Positions 37,259-42,084 of a DNA stretch of 42,084 nt are shown piece by piece. Below the pieces are notes generated by a model that was not told the DNA's origin, ran no database searches, and saw only the letters and a program-made list of their open reading frames with translations. The DNA is from Myxococcota bacterium (GTDB lineage Bacteria > Myxococcota_A > UBA796 > GCA-2862545), in assembly GCA_039208735.1 (NCBI GenBank), contig JBCCQY010000071.1:1-42084 (forward strand), written 5' to 3'. Within the stretch, counting starts at the first letter, position 1, and the number at the start of each line of letters is the position of its first letter. The translations under genes were made by a program, and so were the position numbers.

Positions 37259-38046
37259 AGGCATCGGCGGCCAAGCAGAAGGCTGCGGCCAAGCTGGCCC
37301 AGCTCGAACAACGACGGCAGGCCCAGTCCCAGGTGGCCGCCCAGAAGCGGGCAGCACTCGAGCGACGCCAGCAGGCCGAGGTCAGCAAGCTCGAACGTCG
37401 GCAACAGTCGCAGGCTGAGGAACTCGAACGGCGCCAGAAGTCGCAGGCCCAGGCCATCACGGCCAAGCGGGTGGCGCTCGAGCGACAGGTCGCCGAGCGG
37501 AAAGCCGCGCGCCCAAAGGAACGTAAGGGCGACCGGATTTGGCGTTGGATCGCCCTCATCCTGGCCATCCTACTCCTGCTCTTGCTCTTCCGTGAGTGTG
37601 AGGAAGCGCCCGAACTTGAGCCCGAAGGTGTGGGGACCGTGGGGCCTGCGTTGGCCGTCGAAGTGGTGTCCGATCCGGCGCCTGTCGTTGTCGAGCCGCC
37701 TCCACCTCGCGTGGTGCGTCGCGACCGCCCCAATCTCGTTCCGCCCCCACCGACGCCGCCGAACTGGCTCGTGGCCTTCCGCATGCAGGTGTCTGCCCGC
37801 AGCCCTCGGCTCGCGGAGTGCTTTGAAGGCATGGGCCGGCCTGGTCAAATCAAATGGACGGCCTCGGTCGAGCCGACCACCGGGCGAGTGGGCGACCACG
37901 TCATCGAACCGCTGTTGTTCACCGGGGAATTGTCGAAGCCCGAGCGGTCGTGCATCGAGACGGTTCTGGCAGAGCCTGACTATCGGCTTCCCCCTGTAGA
38001 CCCCGATTCGATGCCCTCTCGCGTAAGCCTGGTGCTCGAGTTCTAA
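37255..38046 (+). CDS. TonB/TolA/GltG-like protein with coiled-coil repeats, TM, Pro-rich linker and AgmX/PglI-type C-terminal domain; operon gene 12
   Basis: ATGA coupling; LERRQ repeats; TM WIALILAILLLLLLF; PPPP linker; RLAECFE...GQIKWTASVEPTTGRV...SCIETVL...RVSLVLEF. Confidence 0.7.
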   Translation: MKASAAKQKAAAKLAQLEQRRQAQSQVAAQKRAALERRQQAEVSKLERRQQSQAEELERRQKSQAQAITAKRVALERQVAERKAARPKERKGDRIWRWIALILAILLLLLLFRECEEAPELEPEGVGTVGPALAVEVVSDPAPVVVEPPPPRVVRRDRPNLVPPPPTPPNWLVAFRMQVSARSPRLAECFEGMGRPGQIKWTASVEPTTGRVGDHVIEPLLFTGELSKPERSCIETVLAEPDYRLPPVDPDSMPSRVSLVLEF

Positions 38047-38621
38047 AGCGCTCCTGTGGCCCAGCGGTCGTAGCAATCGAGCAAGCAGCTACGAATGTTG
38101 CCGTCATGCTTGGCCCACAACGCGTCGTAGTCGAGCGCCCGGGGGCCTCCCAGGGCCTCCACGATCTGCTGCAGGACGGTGGAATCCGTCGTGTGCCGGT
38201 GAAGTACGGGCAGGCCGCAGTCGTGATGGCTGGTGACGAGCAAAGGACCCCGGCGGACGCTCCGTAGCAGCCTCCATAGCGGACGAGGCAACTGCTCGAC
38301 ACCGTCCACCGTCACCAAGGTCCTGTCTCGAGGGGCGGCAAGAACCGCGCCCCACGCGTTCCAGGGCGGCCAGGTGTGAGGGTGGAACGCGAGGCGCACG
38401 ATCCGCCAACCGAGCCGAAGGTAGTGACGTTCCAGATCTTCGCGAAGCGTGGTCTTTCCCGTACCGTGGGGGCCCACCAGTGCAGCGCGGTGATGGAGTG
38501 CCGCCAAGCGCTTGGCGAAGGCGGTGAGCGCGGACCCGGTGGCGTAGCGGATGCTGGGGTGGCGCTGGACCCGAAAGGGGTTGTCGGCAGGTCGACGCTT
38601 AGAGTTGGACTTCGTGGCCAT
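38043..38621 (-). CDS. Small P-loop NTPase (AAA/DnaA-Hda-like)
   Basis: NPF motif, Walker A GPHGTGKTT, Walker B VTVDGVEQ, GNIRSCLLDCYD. Confidence 0.75.
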   Translation of the reverse strand: MATKSNSKRRPADNPFRVQRHPSIRYATGSALTAFAKRLAALHHRAALVGPHGTGKTTLREDLERHYLRLGWRIVRLAFHPHTWPPWNAWGAVLAAPRDRTLVTVDGVEQLPRPLWRLLRSVRRGPLLVTSHHDCGLPVLHRHTTDSTVLQQIVEALGGPRALDYDALWAKHDGNIRSCLLDCYDRWATGAL

Positions 38622-38946
38622 CGGGCCCAATCACGATGTCCGCGTGGGCGAAGCCGTCGCCCGGCTGGACTTCGGCCTCGATCGTCCACTGCAGGGTGAT
38701 GAGCTGGCCCGAAAAACTCGGGGGCGTCTGAGGGGCCGTGAACGTCACGGTCGTGACGGACTCCGCTGGTGACAGGGCCTGTTCAGACGCCAAGGCGACA
38801 TCGGTGTCTCCCCGGCCCGAGGTTCGCCAAAGCAAACGGACGGTGACTGCCTCGGGCTCCGGATCGCGGGTCCAGGTCACCGTGACGTCGATGGTGTCGC
38901 CCGGTGCGTAGTGCAGCTTCGAGGGTTGAACCAGCACTTCACGCAT
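38599..38946 (-). CDS. Small arrestin-N/Ig-like beta-sandwich protein
   Basis: YAPGDTI, VRLLWRTSGRGDTD, PPSFSGQLITLQWTIEA; overlaps its neighbours. Confidence 0.65.
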   Translation of the reverse strand: MREVLVQPSKLHYAPGDTIDVTVTWTRDPEPEAVTVRLLWRTSGRGDTDVALASEQALSPAESVTTVTFTAPQTPPSFSGQLITLQWTIEAEVQPGDGFAHADIVIGPDGHEVQL

Positions 38947-40060
38947 TGGCCGACTCGGGAAACACCGTGAGAGGGAAGTGGCTTTCCACGTCGGGCCAGT
39001 TCAACAGCACGCCTGCGACTTCGATGCGCCACACGATGGCGTTGTGTCCGCCGTCGAAGGTGGGCGCCGCGTCGGCCGGGAGCGCCACGGTGGTCGAGCC
39101 CCGCGCGATCTGCATCCCGTCCGTCGTATTGAGGAGTTCTTGGGTGAAGAAGACGTGGGTTTCGGTGACCGAATCCGTACCTCGCTGGTACGTTGCCCGT
39201 TCTTCGCCGACCAGGGTGAGCGTCAGCCGACGCAGGCGCGCCGCATTCCCTTGCATCACCCAGGACACGGTGGTGTTGCGCCCCAGCACCGGGTCGCCAT
39301 CCGGCAACGAGAGCACGGGATGGGGGTTGAACATGCGGAGCAGCTCGTAGCCCGAGCCCACCAGCAGCGAGATGCCGCTAATCACAAACACGCCGAGAAA
39401 ACTGAACAAACAGGCGTCCATGTCGGACCAGAACGCCAGCACGGCGGCCCAGGTGATGGCGTTCCAGATCACTGCGAGCATGGCGATGCCGACAAAGCGC
39501 GCTCGCGGCGTGATCTTGGGGTTGAGCTGAACCAGGCTGGGGTCGCGATACAGCGGCAGCCCGCCCCGTGAAGCCAACGGGGAGCTGCGTTGTCGTGAGG
39601 TGAGCCACGGTACGAGGGGCACGAGCAAGAACGGCACCCCTATGAGTCCCCAGAGCAGGTACATCCCCGCATCGCGGTTCATGACGGCCTGCGAGGGATT
39701 GGACGGATTCACGAAGACCGTCGCGGCGCTGCCCACTGGATGAGCATTCGCAATCTGCTGTTTGCCCCGGCGACCCGAACTCGAGCCCACCCGGAAGTCA
39801 TAGTCCTCGCTGACGTAGGATTGCCCGGCGTAGCGATAGGCGCAGCGTACGTCGATGGCGTACGTTTCGCCGTCCGAACTGGTGACCTCGCTGTGGACCA
39901 CCTCGCACGGCACGGCTTCCCAGGTCTGGGCTCGCAAGATCTGCCAAGCGGGCCGGAGGGTCAGCCCACCCACCACCAGAAAACCGACGACCCCGAACAC
40001 GCCGAAAAACAGAACGGCACAGCCGGACGACGGTTTGGGAGCGAGAAGAGAGCGGCTCAC
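38939..40060 (-). CDS. DUF3592 membrane protein with C-terminal arrestin-like domain
   Basis: TM, then WEAVPCEVVHSEV...YRYAGQSY...VGSAATVFVNPSNPSQAV (DUF3592 pattern), further TMs, PTFDGGHNAIVWRIEV. Confidence 0.8.
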   Translation of the reverse strand: MSRSLLAPKPSSGCAVLFFGVFGVVGFLVVGGLTLRPAWQILRAQTWEAVPCEVVHSEVTSSDGETYAIDVRCAYRYAGQSYVSEDYDFRVGSSSGRRGKQQIANAHPVGSAATVFVNPSNPSQAVMNRDAGMYLLWGLIGVPFLLVPLVPWLTSRQRSSPLASRGGLPLYRDPSLVQLNPKITPRARFVGIAMLAVIWNAITWAAVLAFWSDMDACLFSFLGVFVISGISLLVGSGYELLRMFNPHPVLSLPDGDPVLGRNTTVSWVMQGNAARLRRLTLTLVGEERATYQRGTDSVTETHVFFTQELLNTTDGMQIARGSTTVALPADAAPTFDGGHNAIVWRIEVAGVLLNWPDVESHFPLTVFPESANA

Positions 40061-40076
40061 GCTGCCTGGTATTCCA

Positions 40077-41204
40077 CTACGGCGTGGCGGTTTCGGACGA
40101 CGTCACCGGCGTTTCCGTCAGAAAGGTCTCGTAGAACGGAGCACAATCGCGGCGAATCCGATCTTCGTCGAGGTTGAATTTCGACAAGTCGTATTTGTGC
40201 TTGCTCTTGTAGGCCCGCTGTTTTTCAGCCTGAGCGGCGATCGCATCGCGTTGGGCCTGCGTGGGCTCGTGGCCCATGAAGGTGTGCATCTCCTCCATCA
40301 TGCCGTCGAAATCCTTCATCATCCGGTCATAGTGGACGAGGAAAACGCGATCGCGGTCGATGCTGCCGTCGTTCCACTCCTCGGTGAACCGAAGCATGAG
40401 GGTGACCAGGCCGCCGTAGAGCCGCTCGAGCCAGCGTTCACGCGTGGCCTCCGGCAGGTTCCAAAATCCAAACGCGTTGTCGAGAACGCCCGAGACGAGG
40501 CTCATGCCGGATGGGATCGTTGAGAGCGGGTCGCGCACCATGTAGAGCACGCGCGCATCGGGGAAGCGGTTGAGGAATGAGGGCAGCCGTACCGAAAGGC
40601 TGAACAGCTTGGCCACGACCACGTCGGAACGGTGCCCCACGAGCGAACGCCGCCACACCTCTTCGAGCCAGTCATAGTCGCGTTTGGTGGTGTCGCGGTT
40701 CTTGACGTCGAACGAATCCAGGTGGTCGACGTCGTCGAAGGCAAGGAAGAAGCCGTAGAGGAAGAATCCATCGAAGTATCGGAACAGGATCGCCACATCG
40801 TCAGTTTCGACACTGGTAAGGCCCGTGTCGTGGGCCGCGGTCTTGTGGTACCGCGTTGGGGCGACGGCTTCGAGGAGCGGCAAGAACGGCTTGAGCAGGG
40901 CCTGGATCGTGAGTGAGGCGTACAGCATGCGGTAAATTTCGTTGCCCGCACCGTACGACTGATCCGACAGGAATCGCTGAAGGAAGGTGGTGCCGGTTCG
41001 CGGATTTCCGACCAGCACGATCGGTCGTTCGACCTTGGTTCGCGCAAGCTTGGGGAAAAAGATTCGATCCAACCCCTGCCCGATGCCGACGACCAATCGG
41101 ATCAGATTCCACATGAGACGCGCGGCCCATGGCAAAAGAAACACGCCAAACGTGCGGCGTGCTACTCGGTAAGCCAGGTTCATCCGGCCAGAAATGGTCT
41201 CCAT
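40077..41204 (-). CDS. Sulfotransferase family protein
   Basis: 5'-PSB motif GNPRTGTTFL and 3'-PB motif FPDARVLYMVRDP..TIPS; GGAG RBS before ATG 41204. Confidence 0.88.
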   Translation of the reverse strand: METISGRMNLAYRVARRTFGVFLLPWAARLMWNLIRLVVGIGQGLDRIFFPKLARTKVERPIVLVGNPRTGTTFLQRFLSDQSYGAGNEIYRMLYASLTIQALLKPFLPLLEAVAPTRYHKTAAHDTGLTSVETDDVAILFRYFDGFFLYGFFLAFDDVDHLDSFDVKNRDTTKRDYDWLEEVWRRSLVGHRSDVVVAKLFSLSVRLPSFLNRFPDARVLYMVRDPLSTIPSGMSLVSGVLDNAFGFWNLPEATRERWLERLYGGLVTLMLRFTEEWNDGSIDRDRVFLVHYDRMMKDFDGMMEEMHTFMGHEPTQAQRDAIAAQAEKQRAYKSKHKYDLSKFNLDEDRIRRDCAPFYETFLTETPVTSSETATP

Positions 41205-41338
41205 CAACGTCTCCGCTACGCAGGGGGCCGGTTCTACCCGGTCCCGGGCCTTAGCTCGATGTAGCCGACTGTGCTTCGACTCACGCGCTCAGTTGGTGAG
41301 GGCCTTGTCAGCTATCGAGGGGAGGAGTAGGAGAACGC

Positions 41339-41947
41339 ATGTTCATCGGATCGACTTCGCTGACCTGCATGCCCTTGCCAGGCTCCCCCGGTCTTTTCGT
41401 GGGCCCGCTTCGCGAACCCTGGTGTCCTGCTGCCGAGTCGGCCGTGTTTGAGGCCTGGTGGGCGGAGCGCCCCGTCGACGAGCAGTCCATCTTGATGTAC
41501 GGCAAGTCGACGGTGATTCCTCGCCGTCAGCGTGCGTACGGCCGGGATTATCGCTTCTCGGGACAAACGAGTAAGGCCGCCGACATTCCGGACTGGTTGG
41601 CGCCCGTACTGACCTGGGCCCAGCAGCTCGAGCCCCGCTTCGATGGGTTGTTGCTCAACTGGTACGACGGCGCACTCGGTGAACGGATTGGCCCCCACCG
41701 CGACAGCATCCAGGGGTTGGTCCCCGAAACCCCCATCATGACGCTTTCGTTTGGCGCCACACGAACCTTCCGGATGCGGGGGCACCCTCCGGCGGGTCAG
41801 CCGGCCATCGATCTGCAAGCGTCCCACGGGCACGCCATCGTCATCCCATGGGATACGAATCGGGTCTATAGTCACGCCGTCCCGCACTTCAAGCGCGACA
41901 CGGGACGGCGGATTTCGATCACGATTCGTGCATTTAGCCCCGACTAG
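41339..41947 (+). CDS. AlkB-family 2-oxoglutarate/Fe(II) dioxygenase
   Basis: PRRQRAYG, LLNWY, HxD (IGPHRD), distal H (YSHAVP), RISITIR. Confidence 0.9.
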   Translation: MFIGSTSLTCMPLPGSPGLFVGPLREPWCPAAESAVFEAWWAERPVDEQSILMYGKSTVIPRRQRAYGRDYRFSGQTSKAADIPDWLAPVLTWAQQLEPRFDGLLLNWYDGALGERIGPHRDSIQGLVPETPIMTLSFGATRTFRMRGHPPAGQPAIDLQASHGHAIVIPWDTNRVYSHAVPHFKRDTGRRISITIRAFSPD

Positions 41948-42084
41948 AGACCTGACCAACAGTCACGCGGCTTCCTTCAGTCGTCCGAGGACGAAGCAGT
42001 TCGCTACAACCGCGCAAGCCGTAGTGTGGAACTGGTTCTTCTCGACGCCGCGGTAGCGAGCGTATCGCCCTTGGATGGCACCCA
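41944..42084 (-). mobile_element. 3' end of an IS (IS1182/IS5-like DDE transposase C-terminus at 41963-42082), continuing beyond the window
   Basis: Minus-strand frame GAIQGRYARYRGVEKNQFHTTACAVVANCFVLGRLKEAA*, then a short IR-like tail ending in CTAG (41944-41947). Confidence 0.65.

Noticed and set aside
25042..38046. Ordinary flagellar or type III secretion gene cluster
   Set aside because: No export apparatus, ATPase, rod/hook/filament, FliM/N or secretin motifs are visible, and the neighbours are unrelated lipoproteins and barrels. Flagellar genes elsewhere in the genome cannot be excluded.

Overview
High-GC bacterial window. The Cys-rich lipoproteins, AgmX/PglI-type TonB-like protein, FG-GAP and EAD-like fragments suggest Myxococcota (inference). 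From left to right: (1) a vWA-MoxR AAA+-DUF5682 (YehL/M/P-like) operon; (2) a 235-bp intergenic array of palindromic repeats; (3) cysE-cysK; (4) a ~10-kb decayed accessory island (8.1-18.4 kb) with a Tn3 transposase remnant and terminal IR, remnants of TPR, histidine kinase, APH and FG-GAP genes, a GNAT, a stand-alone EAD-like gene, an APH kinase and an intact metallophosphoesterase-STAND NTPase (candidate NLR-like defence protein); (5) an ABC exporter; (6) three lipoproteins (two paralogous), panD and a DxD transferase-like gene; (7) a tightly coupled 12-gene envelope operon (25042-38046); (8) a DUF3592/arrestin-like/ATPase cassette, a sulfotransferase, alkB-like and the end of an IS. The 12-gene operon is the main finding. 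It encodes a flagellar-type MotA/MotB stator and a single-chain protein that reads as FliF-ring-domain + TM + FliG middle/C-terminal (a fused rotor), plus ring-like/beta-barrel outer-membrane proteins, TPR and Cys-rich lipoproteins and a TonB-like protein. No rod, hook, filament or export genes are in the window, so it is a candidate non-flagellar rotary envelope machine. All assignments come from motif reading by eye; no searches were run.
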